Below are positions 50,696-59,869 of a stretch of DNA of 64,000 nucleotides, in pieces (within the stretch, counting starts at the first letter, position 1; the number at the start of each line of letters is the position of its first letter). The DNA is taken from assembly GCA_041661745.1 (NCBI GenBank), contig JBAZTR010000003.1, positions 91,007 to 155,006 of the forward strand, written 5' to 3'. Source of the DNA: Patescibacteria group bacterium. Lineage in GTDB: Bacteria; Patescibacteriota; Patescibacteriia; UBA9934; GWF2-40-263. Made by a program: the position numbers and the translations under genes. A model generated the notes under the pieces. The model was not told the origin of the DNA. It made no database searches and worked only from the letters and a program-made list of their open reading frames with translations.

Positions 50696-51076
50696 ATGCA
50701 AAAATTATGTTCTTCGTGCCAGGTTAAGGTTGAGGATTGGAATGAGGAATGTTCCGGTTGCGGTTATACCTTAATTCTTGAGCCGGAAGAAAAAACCAAG
50801 GCTAAATATTTGCGAACACCATCTCTTGGCGCATTGTTTTTTACGCAGGGTTGGACATTGGGAGCACGACTTTATATTTTGTTCGCTCTCTCGTTGATTC
50901 CAATTGTTGGTATTCCGGTTTTGGTAATTTGCGTTTTAGTTGGTCGCCGCCTTTCCTGGAAATTTGGGGGTTGGGCCGATTGGCAGGAGTTTCAAAAATG
51001 GATGCGGCTCATGGATATCCTCGGAATTGTTTGGATCTTGTTGTTGATCACGGCTTACTTTGTTTTTAAAAAATAG
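50696..51076 (+). CDS. Zinc-ribbon membrane protein
   Basis: CSSC...CSGCG plus TM segments. Confidence 0.65.
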   Translation: MQKLCSSCQVKVEDWNEECSGCGYTLILEPEEKTKAKYLRTPSLGALFFTQGWTLGARLYILFALSLIPIVGIPVLVICVLVGRRLSWKFGGWADWQEFQKWMRLMDILGIVWILLLITAYFVFKK

Positions 51077-51364
51077 TTTTTATGCCAAAAACTTTAAGAA
51101 TAAAATTCTTTTTATTGATGTAGCCGACGCTCTTGGAACTGGGAGTGGGAAGGAAACATTACCAGACTCGCACTTGCTACCGGCGGTATTTGGAAAAAAG
51201 TTGGTTGTTATTATCAAATTAAAAACAATGTTCCGACAGATTTGGGAGGAATTTTGAGAAAAAATAAAAATCCGCCATTGTTACGTTGACAAAGTGGCGG
51301 TTTTTTGATATTTTTTTTCTGCGATGTCCGAAAAAGACGTGCCACGCCAACCGCCGAGGCTTCC

Positions 51365-51670
51365 ATGTCAATCTTCAAGGATTTAGATCAACTCAAAAAT
51401 GCCATTCGCGGCCTCCTCAAGACCGCTCCTGACGTCAACACCGCCAAGCGTTGGATCCGCGCGCTGCCTGGATCACAGCTTGGCTCACAACCGGAAATAG
51501 TGCTCACTCACACTCCTCCGTGTATGCACTTCGACATCTTGGGAGGCATCACCGTTTGCTTCAACGATGACGGCTCTCGTGACGCCACGCTCACCATAGC
51601 AACACAACATGACGATCCGAATCCGCAGATCGTCAGCGTCCGCTGGGCGGGACAAGGTCCAGCTACTTGA
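51365..51670 (+). CDS. GC-rich hypothetical protein
   Basis: ORF with GAGG SD, behind a TTGACA promoter at 51286. Confidence 0.5.
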   Translation: MSIFKDLDQLKNAIRGLLKTAPDVNTAKRWIRALPGSQLGSQPEIVLTHTPPCMHFDILGGITVCFNDDGSRDATLTIATQHDDPNPQIVSVRWAGQGPAT

Positions 51671-51906
51671 GGTGGCGGTATAGGTGGAGAGATTGTCCTC
51701 AACGATGTCCCTCCGCCGTTTCCGTCGGGGCTTCGTCGCGGTCTTAAGATGTCCTAACAAGCACTCTCGCGCGCCTGTGCGAGTTCGTAGACACTCATCG
51801 AACGTCTTCGGTTCGGCGGGTGTTATTTTTTTAAATTTGAGAAATTATAATTTTTTGTTTTAAAAAAGCTCGCGGGTGGGGCGAGCGAGGAAGAAGGAGA
51901 GACGGG

Positions 51907-52302
51907 CTAGCGGGCGCCGGCCACTGCGGCCTCGACAGCGACCCGACGCGGCGAGATACGCTGGGTGGCCCTTTTGGCCGGAGGAGCCAACTTCTTTTCG
52001 AGGCGGTCGAACCGGGCCAAAATGGACTTGAACCAGAGCGACTCGTTGCCCAGCCTTTGGAGACCTTCACGAACCTCCTTGCGAGCCCGAGTGGGGATGT
52101 GACCATCTTCGAACACACTAAGGAGACTTGTGACCACGACCTCCTCCTGGACACGGGACAGACCGCGAAGCATTGCGGTCATATTTTGTCCAAGGCTGGA
52201 CGTATCCCCTCCAACCTGGCCAGCTCGAGTGACGGAGCTTTCAAGTTGGTACAGGATGGTGGTGTAGATTGAAGTTGGGGTTTCCTTGGAGCGGGTCAAC
52301 AC
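51907..52302 (-). CDS. GC-rich hypothetical protein
   Basis: GTG start with AGGAG 7 nt upstream; promoter-like TTGACG-17-TAGGGT. Confidence 0.55.
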   Translation of the reverse strand: MLTRSKETPTSIYTTILYQLESSVTRAGQVGGDTSSLGQNMTAMLRGLSRVQEEVVVTSLLSVFEDGHIPTRARKEVREGLQRLGNESLWFKSILARFDRLEKKLAPPAKRATQRISPRRVAVEAAVAGAR

Positions 52303-52373
52303 GTGTTTGCTCCTGGTTGGGGTTGTTGATTGCCGCCCCCAACCCTAATGGAATTTTTTGCTGCCGTCAATTT

Positions 52374-53882
52374 TTATTCCCCTTGCGGACGGTACGACAA
52401 AGCCTCGGCCAGGTGAGCTGGGGTTATTTTTTCGTTTTGATCCAAGTCAGCAATGGTCCGAGCAAGTTTTAGGGTGCGAGTGTAGGCCCGAGCGGAAAGA
52501 TGCCAACGCTCCATGGCGGCAAAGAGCAACTTCTTCCCTTCCTCGTCGAGCTCACAGTGTTCCGCAACCATTCGTGGTGACATTTCTGAATTGGAAACAA
52601 TACCAAGATCGGAAAAACGTTTAATTTGTCGATCGCGTGCCGTTTGGACGCGGGCGCGAACCACCTCTGACGATTCGCCGACCGCGCGACCAGTGAGTTT
52701 ATCGGTTTCAACTCGCGGAACAGATACAGTTAAATCAACTCGGTCCAAAAGCGGACCAGAAATCTTCTTTTTATAGTTGGCAATTCGCATCGGCGAACAA
52801 GAGCAGTTAATTGCTTGGTCTCCGGCATAGCCGCAAGGGCATGGATTCATGGCTGCCACCAACATAAACTTGGCTGGAAAACGAAAACTGGCCAAAGCTC
52901 GGGAAATTGTGACGACACCATCCTCGATTGGTTGTCGTAGGTGTTCCAAAACATGTCGACTGAACTCGGGAAACTCATCAAGAAACAACACGCCGCGATG
53001 GGCCAAGCTGACCTCGCCGGGTCTGGGCCAAGATCCGCCGCCAATAAGCGCGGCTGCTGAACAAGAATGATGTGGTGAGCGAAAAGGTCGCTCGGTAAAA
53101 AGACCTTGCCCAGCATTTAATGCTCCGGCAATGGAAAATATTTTGGTTACTTCAAGAGCTTCGCTTTGGGTTAGGTTTGGGAGAATGGTTGGGAGAGCCC
53201 GTGCTAATAAAGTTTTTCCCGAACCTGGCGGACCGTGCATTAACAAGTTGTGTCCGCCGGCCGCGGCCACTTCTAATCCACGTTTAGCATGTTCTTGGCC
53301 GCGGATATCGGAAAAATCAACAGTGGAAATTGCCGTTGGTGTTGTAATTTGTTTTGCCTTGGCTGGAACAAGAGTTGTTTCGCCACAAAGGTGCGAAACA
53401 ACTTCTTTTAAATTATCTACAGCAAATATTTCTAATCCTTCAATCAGTAAAGCTTCGTTAATATTTTCTCTTGGAACAAAGATTTTTTTATAACCTTTTT
53501 CTTTGGCCATAATCGCGGCAATTAAGGTCCCGGTAACGCCGCGAATTTCCCCATGAATTCCCAATTCCCCGATAAAGACACTATCTTTGATTGATTTTGG
53601 TGTAAATTTTTTTTGAGCTTCAATAATTGATAAGGCCATAGCCAAATCATGAATAGTTCCCTGCTTCTTAATATTGGCCGGCGATAAATTTATTGTTAAA
53701 TGCCAGCGCGGAAACCACAATCCGGAATTTTTAATAGCAAAGATTATTCTTTCTTTTGATTCTTTGACAGCGGTATCGGGCAAGCCGACAATAAAAAAAG
53801 CTGTTTGACCGCGATGAACATCGGCTTCGACAATAACCGGTTCGGCTTCAAGACCGATAATGGCAACAGAAGTGATAGACAT
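52374..53882 (-). CDS. comM: YifB/ComM Mg-chelatase-like AAA+ ATPase
   Basis: VGLPD.AVKES, GPPGSGKT, PFRSPHHS, PGEVSLAHRGVLFLDE, AMNPCPCG. Confidence 0.92.
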   Translation of the reverse strand: MSITSVAIIGLEAEPVIVEADVHRGQTAFFIVGLPDTAVKESKERIIFAIKNSGLWFPRWHLTINLSPANIKKQGTIHDLAMALSIIEAQKKFTPKSIKDSVFIGELGIHGEIRGVTGTLIAAIMAKEKGYKKIFVPRENINEALLIEGLEIFAVDNLKEVVSHLCGETTLVPAKAKQITTPTAISTVDFSDIRGQEHAKRGLEVAAAGGHNLLMHGPPGSGKTLLARALPTILPNLTQSEALEVTKIFSIAGALNAGQGLFTERPFRSPHHSCSAAALIGGGSWPRPGEVSLAHRGVLFLDEFPEFSRHVLEHLRQPIEDGVVTISRALASFRFPAKFMLVAAMNPCPCGYAGDQAINCSCSPMRIANYKKKISGPLLDRVDLTVSVPRVETDKLTGRAVGESSEVVRARVQTARDRQIKRFSDLGIVSNSEMSPRMVAEHCELDEEGKKLLFAAMERWHLSARAYTRTLKLARTIADLDQNEKITPAHLAEALSYRPQGE

Positions 53883-53933
53883 AAAAACTCCCCAATTCAA
53901 AAAAAATGAATAAAATAGGGGAGCTTTAAATTT

Positions 53934-54380
53934 TTACTTTTTATTTTTTTGCCTGCTTAAAAGCAATATGATTAATCCACCGATTATAACAAGATCAGAT
54001 AGGTTGAAAGCTGAACCAGTTAAGGGGAAGATTATGTAATCAACAGTGAAACCGTAACAGAAACGATCGATTAAATTTCCTACAGCCCCACAAGCGATAA
54101 GAAGACTACCAGTTGCTTCCCAGGGGTGCCTTTTCCAGTTCTGTTTGGTTAAAAAGATCAGGCCAACCAAGATGAACACGGTTAAAAGCATGACCACCGG
54201 CAACCATAAAGGTAAGTCAAAAGCAATTCCGTAATTTTTGTGAATTGCCAACTCAATTATTCCCTTACCAGACATTTGCGATTCATCTGGTAAGTATTTA
54301 AGGGAAAGAATTTTTAAAAGTTCATCAGCTAAAACAACTAAACCACCGGAAAAGGAAACAATTTTTTGCTTTAAGGTCAC
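53934..54380 (-). CDS. lspA: Lipoprotein signal peptidase II
   Basis: NYGIAF, GAVGNLIDR, VDYI, FNLSD. Confidence 0.9.
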   Translation of the reverse strand: MTLKQKIVSFSGGLVVLADELLKILSLKYLPDESQMSGKGIIELAIHKNYGIAFDLPLWLPVVMLLTVFILVGLIFLTKQNWKRHPWEATGSLLIACGAVGNLIDRFCYGFTVDYIIFPLTGSAFNLSDLVIIGGLIILLLSRQKNKK

Positions 54381-54751
54381 ACTTCCTGGGTCAACGTCTT
54401 TTTACATTGAATGCAAGAAGACGAAGTTGGTCTGGCTCGTAAGCGCTTTTCGTCGATTTCTTGTTTACAGTAACTGCAAAGACCATAAGTATTGTTTTCA
54501 ACGCGCTTCAAAGCACCTTCAACATCGCGCAAAGCGTGCTCGAGTTCGTCTTCCAACGACAAATTGTCAGTGAATTGCGCCACTTCGGCGGCGTTTTCAT
54601 CCTCGCTGTCGCCCATGTTGGGGAAATCAGAATTAAAATCAGTTTCAGCGGCTTTTGGGTTGCGATGAGCAAATTGATTCAATTCCTTTCCTAAACGTTC
54701 TTTTTCAGTTAAAAGGAACCCTTTCATCTCCTCGAGAAGTTTTTTATTCAT
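54377..54751 (-). CDS. TraR/DksA C4-type zinc finger protein
   Basis: YGLCSYC...I...RL.ARP....CIQC. Confidence 0.88.
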   Translation of the reverse strand: MNKKLLEEMKGFLLTEKERLGKELNQFAHRNPKAAETDFNSDFPNMGDSEDENAAEVAQFTDNLSLEDELEHALRDVEGALKRVENNTYGLCSYCKQEIDEKRLRARPTSSSCIQCKKTLTQEV

Positions 54752-54851
54752 AAAATTGATTATTGAGGTAAAATCATGTGGCGTTACCTAATCTTTGTTA
54801 TAAGTGTAGCAGATTTGGTGAAAAAATCAAGGCAGGTAAGGAAAATTTGGC

Positions 54852-55302
54852 AAAAAGAAAAGGGGGTATTGCTCAAAGTAATTAAGGAGCGCCCCCTTAC
54901 GGGGGCCATATATAGTCAACCGGCAGATGCCGGGTATAGAAAACCAATCATGATTATCTAAACTCGGCACCCACTCAGGACAGATGGCCCAAGACGACTC
55001 AACTTCTCTACCAATCAATGGTCTTGTCTACGATAGAAATAATATTTCTATAAAAGTGTAGACGGACCGTAGTTGCTTGTTTTTTTATTTTGTTTTTGTT
55101 TTTTCGCAAACTGACAAGTAAAGAAGTGGGATATTTCCCGAAAGTCTAGGGCTCCGCTCGGATAAATGGGTCAACCGACCGGATTACCACCCTTGCTTTT
55201 ACCCTTTATGACAGGGTTTGGCAGAGAATTTTGTCCCTGCCTTCGGAAAACTTCCCGTTTGAGGTTTAGAAAGAACGTTTAGCTGAAAGCTTTTCAGCTT
55301 CT
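54852..55302 (-). ncRNA. Putative ~450-nt structured non-coding RNA of unknown family
   Basis: Consensus promoter upstream, boxA-like CGTTCTTT, about 10 nested helices whose G-U pairs mostly favour the minus strand, terminator-like hairpin plus U tract, no credible ORF. Confidence 0.7.
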
Positions 55303-55308
55303 AGATAT

Positions 55309-55337
55309 ATTATACAGCCTTGAACACTAAAAGTCAA
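55309..55337 (-). promoter_or_regulatory. Strong sigma70 promoter
   Basis: TTGACT-17-TATAAT. Confidence 0.85.
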
Positions 55338-55375
55338 CGATAGCAAATACTCTTTGTTTAGCAAAAAAGTAAAAG

Positions 55376-55466
55376 TTTTCCACAATTAGTGTTCATTATT
55401 AAATAAAATCTGTGGAAACTTATCCACAGATTTTGATACTTATACATTAGTTATCCACAGATTTTG
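55376..55466. promoter_or_regulatory. Distal DnaA-box cluster
   Basis: TTTTCCACA 55376, TGTGGAAAC 55411, TTATCCACA 55420 and 55451. Confidence 0.8.
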
Positions 55467-55472
55467 TTTTTT

Positions 55473-56726
55473 CTAGTAGCAAAGAAAAACTTTGCGGCTA
55501 GTTAAAACAATTTCTTCAAATTTTGCTCCAAAATTCAACAGATTTGGTAAAACGACATATTGCGTATTTCCAAAAACACCTTTTTCCAACTCATTTGGCT
55601 TTAGGTAGGCAAAAAGTTTCTTCTGGCCGCAGACGGCATTGGTTTTTTCTTGTTTTTTATTGAGATAATCTTCTAAAAGCGCTTGGTCGGAGGAAATTAT
55701 GTCAGTTTTTTCACCATCAAGAGCGAAAAAACTGCCGTTTTCAGTCTTTGTACTCTTTACTTCACTTCCATTTATCCAAATTGAGCTAAATTCAGCCCCG
55801 GTCTGATCAATAAACATTTCTTGGACAAAAGATCCATCGGGCATTGGCATTGTTTTAACAATTGGGCTTCGAAAAACCGCGGCGGTTTGAAGAATTTGGG
55901 ATAAGAATGACGATTCCAAAGTGGTTTCTATTAAAAAGTCGCTGTTTGTTAAAAGAACCATGCCGCCATTTTCCTCCATTTTTTGGGCAATTTCTTCACT
56001 TTTGATAGTTCCTAAAGGATCCAGCAGTGTGTCGAACCTTAAAAAAATGGCAGAAAGATCAGTTTTTGAATTTGGTTGAAAGGAAACCGCGGCTGTTACT
56101 GCCTCCGGAAGGTTTGGTAAAAGGCTGGTGACTTTTTTAATTTTTGGTGTATCAAGCGAATATCCTCTTTTATTTGCGGTTATTTGCCCCAAAAAACCAT
56201 CAAGACGCACGGTTCCCAGCGTCCGCGGCCAGATTGAGCTGAGTGACCAGGTTGTTTTGCTGTCAACTGAATACGGCAAGGGTCTATTTGATAAAAGCCA
56301 ACGGTTTCGGCCGAGCTTTTGGACACTTATGCCATAGGAATTAAGGATTTCGCGCTGTAGATTCCGTTCTCTTGTCCTTATAGCCACGGCCGAAGCATTA
56401 TTTTGAAGATAGAAAATCGAAATTTCCTTTGTTTTAAGGCCGGCTAGGTCACGAATTGTTATGGAACGATCGGATATTAATGTTAAACCACCGAAATCGT
56501 TTATTAATTTTGTCCACGCCTGCCTAGACGGAGTCAGGTGAATTATGGCAAGTGTGCCTTCGGGAGCAAAAGAAGACACTGTATCTCGGCTAACCCAAAG
56601 GTTAGCTAAAGTAAAAGGCACCAAAACCAAGATAAAAAAACCAAACAGAATCCAAAGAACCCGCCCCTTTTTTAAATTAGGACGGGTTGATTGGTTGGTG
56701 GAAAGTGGAATGTTTAAACGAAGCAT
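55473..56726 (-). CDS. Hypothetical membrane-anchored protein
   Basis: 417-aa ORF with N-terminal TM, directly downstream of pnp. Confidence 0.65.
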   Translation of the reverse strand: MLRLNIPLSTNQSTRPNLKKGRVLWILFGFFILVLVPFTLANLWVSRDTVSSFAPEGTLAIIHLTPSRQAWTKLINDFGGLTLISDRSITIRDLAGLKTKEISIFYLQNNASAVAIRTRERNLQREILNSYGISVQKLGRNRWLLSNRPLPYSVDSKTTWSLSSIWPRTLGTVRLDGFLGQITANKRGYSLDTPKIKKVTSLLPNLPEAVTAAVSFQPNSKTDLSAIFLRFDTLLDPLGTIKSEEIAQKMEENGGMVLLTNSDFLIETTLESSFLSQILQTAAVFRSPIVKTMPMPDGSFVQEMFIDQTGAEFSSIWINGSEVKSTKTENGSFFALDGEKTDIISSDQALLEDYLNKKQEKTNAVCGQKKLFAYLKPNELEKGVFGNTQYVVLPNLLNFGAKFEEIVLTSRKVFLCY

Positions 56727-56728
56727 TT

Positions 56729-58999
56729 TTAATGGTTGTCGTCGCGATTTCGACCAAAGAATGGTCGGCGGCCGCCTTGTGGGCGATCGCCTTGCGGGCG
56801 GCTGTTATCTGAACCAGTACCACCATTGCCGGTTTGTGGCGGAGTGGCTGGTTTTTCAGGATAAACATTGCCTGGCGCGTCTTTCATAGACAAGTTGATA
56901 CGACCCATGTCGTCAATTTCCGAGACTTTCACAAAGACCTCGTCACCAACTTTAACAATATCAGAAACTTTTTCAACTCGCCATGGGGCCATGCGACTAA
57001 TGTGCACCAAACCTTCTTGTTTTGGTAGAACTTCAACAAAAGCGCCGAAATCCATAAGGCGAGTAACCTTACCTTTGAATAATTCGCCGGCCACAACCTC
57101 GCGGGTTAGGTTTTTAACCCATTCAAAGGCCTTTTGAGCCCCCTCAGCATTGGTTGAGGTGATACAAACCAAACCATCATCTTCAATATCAATGGCTTGT
57201 ACGCCAGTTGTAGCAATTATTTCATTAATAATCTTGCCGCCAGGACCAATGACATCGCCAATCTTCTCTGGATTAATACGAAGAGTGATAATGCGCGGGG
57301 CATAAGGCGAAAGGTCGGCTCGCGGGGCTGGGATAGTTGTGGTAATAACCTCAAGAATTTGTAAACGCGCCTCTTTAGCCTGATTAACTGCGGCTTCAAC
57401 CATTTCCATAGTCAAACCATCGGTCTTGGTATCCATTTGAATGGCGGTGATACCAGCTTTTGAACCGGCAATCTTAAAGTCCATACCACCAACACTGTCT
57501 TCCAAGTCTTGAAGGTCGGTAAAAACTTTCCAATCACCTTTTTTGTTGCTAACCAAACCCATGGCAATACCAGCTACCGGCGCTTTAATCGGTACACCAG
57601 CGTCCATTAAGGACAAAGTAGCACAACAAGTGGAGGCCATTGAGCTAGAACCGTTGGAACCAAGCACTTCGGAGACCACACGAATGGTATAAGGAAAGGT
57701 TTCCTTGTCAGGCATCATCGGAACCAAGGCTTTTTCGGCCAAAGCACCGTGGCCAATGTCGCGGCGTGACGGTCCGCGCATTGGTTTAACTTCACCAACG
57801 GAAAATGGCGGGAAATTATAATGATGAAAGAAGCGTTTGGTGCCCACAAGTTCCATGCCATCAAGGGTTTGTTCGTCGCCAGGAGCGCCAAGAGTGGTAA
57901 TAGACACAACTTGTGTTTCACCGCGTTTGAAATGACCAGAACCATGGACACGTGGGAAGATGGCAACCTCGCCGAAAAGTGTACGGATTTCGTTCATACC
58001 GCGGCCATCAACACGTTTCCCTTCTTCAAGCATGGCTCGGCTGATTTCTTCCTCGATAACTTCTTCAACAATAGCAAAGGCGTATTTTTGATCGTCTTTG
58101 GAAACTTCTTTAGTGGTTAAAAACTCACCAAGTAATTCCTTAACATGGGATTTTTCCAAACGGCGTTCAACTTTACTGGCCTTTGGTTCGGAAAAGAAAA
58201 GTTCTTTTGTTTTTTCAATAATAAACGGGCGAGCCATAGCTTCAACAACCTCGCGACGTTCTTTCTTTTGAGTTTCTTCGTTATTTTTTGGAGCCAAGAT
58301 GTCACGCTTTGGTTTTCCCACTTCCTTGCGTACTTGTTCGATAAGTTTTAATGGCTCGCTAATATGTTTTAAGCCAAAACGGAAGCCTTCGATAACCGCT
58401 TCTTCGGAGGCTTCATTGGCACCAGCCTCAACCATAATCACACGATCGGCTGAACCAGCAAAAGCCAAGTCGAGAATCGACTTGAGGCGCGCTTCGTAGC
58501 TTGGGTTAAGAACTTTTTCGCCATTAATTTCACCAACACGAACGCCGGCAATCGGACCGTTCCACGGAATGTCGCTGATATGTAAGGCACAGCTAGCAGC
58601 AATGATTCCGGCAATATCCGGATCGTTTTCGCCGTCAAAAGCCAAGCAGGAAACAATAACCTGAATGTCGTTACGCATGCGATCGTCGAAGAGTGGGCGC
58701 AAACCGCGATCGATGGAACGGCCGACCAAAACCGCTTCGTCAGTTGGACGACCTTCTTTTTTAATAAAGCGTGAACCCTTGATGCGACCAGCGGCGTAGA
58801 GTTTTTCCTCGTACTCAACTTGTAGTGGGAAGAAGTCTAATCCTTCGCGCAAAGTGTCGCTCATGGTGGCTGTGGCAATAACCACAGTGTCGCCGTATTG
58901 CACGGTACAAGCCCCGTTGGCCTGCTCGGCAAAACGACCGGTTTCGATGGTGAGGTTTTTACCGCCCCACTCGGTTGAAAAGCGTTTAATTTCGCTCAT
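56729..58999 (-). CDS. pnp: Polyribonucleotide nucleotidyltransferase
   Basis: DFFPL.V.Y.EK, HYNFPPFSVGE, SNGSSSMAS, KH (IGPGGK) and S1 domains. Confidence 0.97.
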   Translation of the reverse strand: MSEIKRFSTEWGGKNLTIETGRFAEQANGACTVQYGDTVVIATATMSDTLREGLDFFPLQVEYEEKLYAAGRIKGSRFIKKEGRPTDEAVLVGRSIDRGLRPLFDDRMRNDIQVIVSCLAFDGENDPDIAGIIAASCALHISDIPWNGPIAGVRVGEINGEKVLNPSYEARLKSILDLAFAGSADRVIMVEAGANEASEEAVIEGFRFGLKHISEPLKLIEQVRKEVGKPKRDILAPKNNEETQKKERREVVEAMARPFIIEKTKELFFSEPKASKVERRLEKSHVKELLGEFLTTKEVSKDDQKYAFAIVEEVIEEEISRAMLEEGKRVDGRGMNEIRTLFGEVAIFPRVHGSGHFKRGETQVVSITTLGAPGDEQTLDGMELVGTKRFFHHYNFPPFSVGEVKPMRGPSRRDIGHGALAEKALVPMMPDKETFPYTIRVVSEVLGSNGSSSMASTCCATLSLMDAGVPIKAPVAGIAMGLVSNKKGDWKVFTDLQDLEDSVGGMDFKIAGSKAGITAIQMDTKTDGLTMEMVEAAVNQAKEARLQILEVITTTIPAPRADLSPYAPRIITLRINPEKIGDVIGPGGKIINEIIATTGVQAIDIEDDGLVCITSTNAEGAQKAFEWVKNLTREVVAGELFKGKVTRLMDFGAFVEVLPKQEGLVHISRMAPWRVEKVSDIVKVGDEVFVKVSEIDDMGRINLSMKDAPGNVYPEKPATPPQTGNGGTGSDNSRPQGDRPQGGRRPFFGRNRDDNH

Positions 59000-59010
59000 A
59001 TATAGATTGT

Positions 59011-59067
59011 GTCGCGCCGAAGCTCAAGATCTCGATTAGGTCGAAGATCTTTATGTCTCGACGCGAC
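59011..59067 (-). promoter_or_regulatory. pnp 5'-leader stem-loop
   Basis: GTCGCG/CGCGAC outer stem and AAGATCT/AGATCTT inner stem, 11 nt before the pnp ATG. Confidence 0.6.
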
Positions 59068-59090
59068 GGTTAATTATTTTTTTATCTTAA

Positions 59091-59720
59091 TTACCACTTC
59101 CAAAATTCTTCATCCGCACCGTTCTCTTCTTCCCCCTCGCCCTCAGGGAGAGGGGTTAGGGGAGAGGGTTTTTCAACCAATATCTCGCCACCTTTAGGTG
59201 GATGCATGGGACCGCGGCGGATTGGGCCGATAAGGAATTTCTTTCCATTTTCTGACATGTTTATGTAATGATCGGCCGCTTCAACCAGTTTGGCTGAGGT
59301 GGTTTCGCGGAAGCTCATGACCTCAACTATCCGACCACGATTTTTAGCATAATCAACCAAAGCCGTAAAGTCACCGTCGCCCGAGACTAAAACCACTACA
59401 TCTAACATATCAAGCATACGAACAATGTCGATGGTTAGGCCAACATCCCAATCGGCCTTCTTTTGACCGGATTCGTATTGCATTAATTCCTTTTCGCGGG
59501 TTTCGATTCCCAAGTTTTGCAGGGCGTCGAGGAAAGGTTTTTCATCTTCTGACTTAGTGCGAACCACATAAGCAATGGCGCGAATTAGTTTGCGATCACC
59601 GACCGCTTCTTTAACAATGTTGCCAAAATTAACCTTGCGCGCAAAAACATTGCGGGCGCTGTAATACATGTTTTGGGTGTCGATGAAAACACCGACGCGT
59701 TGATTGGGGTGGCTTATCAT
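59091..59720 (-). CDS. NYN domain (LabA/DUF88) protein
   Basis: FIDTQN, KADWDV, LVSGDGDF motifs; tail contains a palindrome-derived PSPLTPLPEGEG. Confidence 0.9.
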   Translation of the reverse strand: MISHPNQRVGVFIDTQNMYYSARNVFARKVNFGNIVKEAVGDRKLIRAIAYVVRTKSEDEKPFLDALQNLGIETREKELMQYESGQKKADWDVGLTIDIVRMLDMLDVVVLVSGDGDFTALVDYAKNRGRIVEVMSFRETTSAKLVEAADHYINMSENGKKFLIGPIRRGPMHPPKGGEILVEKPSPLTPLPEGEGEEENGADEEFWKW

Positions 59721-59844
59721 ATTTAAGGGTTTTGAAGGGTTGGGAAGTGTTCTGAAGGGTTAAGAAGGGCTTTGGAATATTTATATTAAAGAAATATAGT
59801 TCAATTAACCCTTCCAAACCCTTTAAAGCTCTTCAGAGCCCTTC
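59721..59844 (-). repeat. Periodic (AACCCTTC-like, 10-nt) inverted array, copy 1
   Basis: Five GAAGGG-type units, a spacer, then four CCCTTC-type units; direct repeat of 60221-60340. Confidence 0.85.
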
Positions 59845-59869
59845 ATTTAATTGGGGAGGGCTTTGGATT

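Noticed and set aside
55139-55156. RNase P RNA (plus-strand GAAAGTCTAGGGCTCC resembles the P4 region)
   Set aside because: The GAGGAAAGTCC consensus and the 3' P4 partner are missing, and the promoter, G-U pairs and terminator favour the minus strand.
55180-55197. T-box riboswitch (minus-strand GCAAGGGTGGTAA)
   Set aside because: The bulge lacks the TGGNACC consensus, there is no recognisable stem I or adjacent terminator, and no synthetase gene lies downstream.
55376-55466. Primary replication origin at the distal DnaA-box cluster
   Set aside because: It has no DnaA-trio/DUE module, whereas the dnaA-dnaN gap has the complete one.
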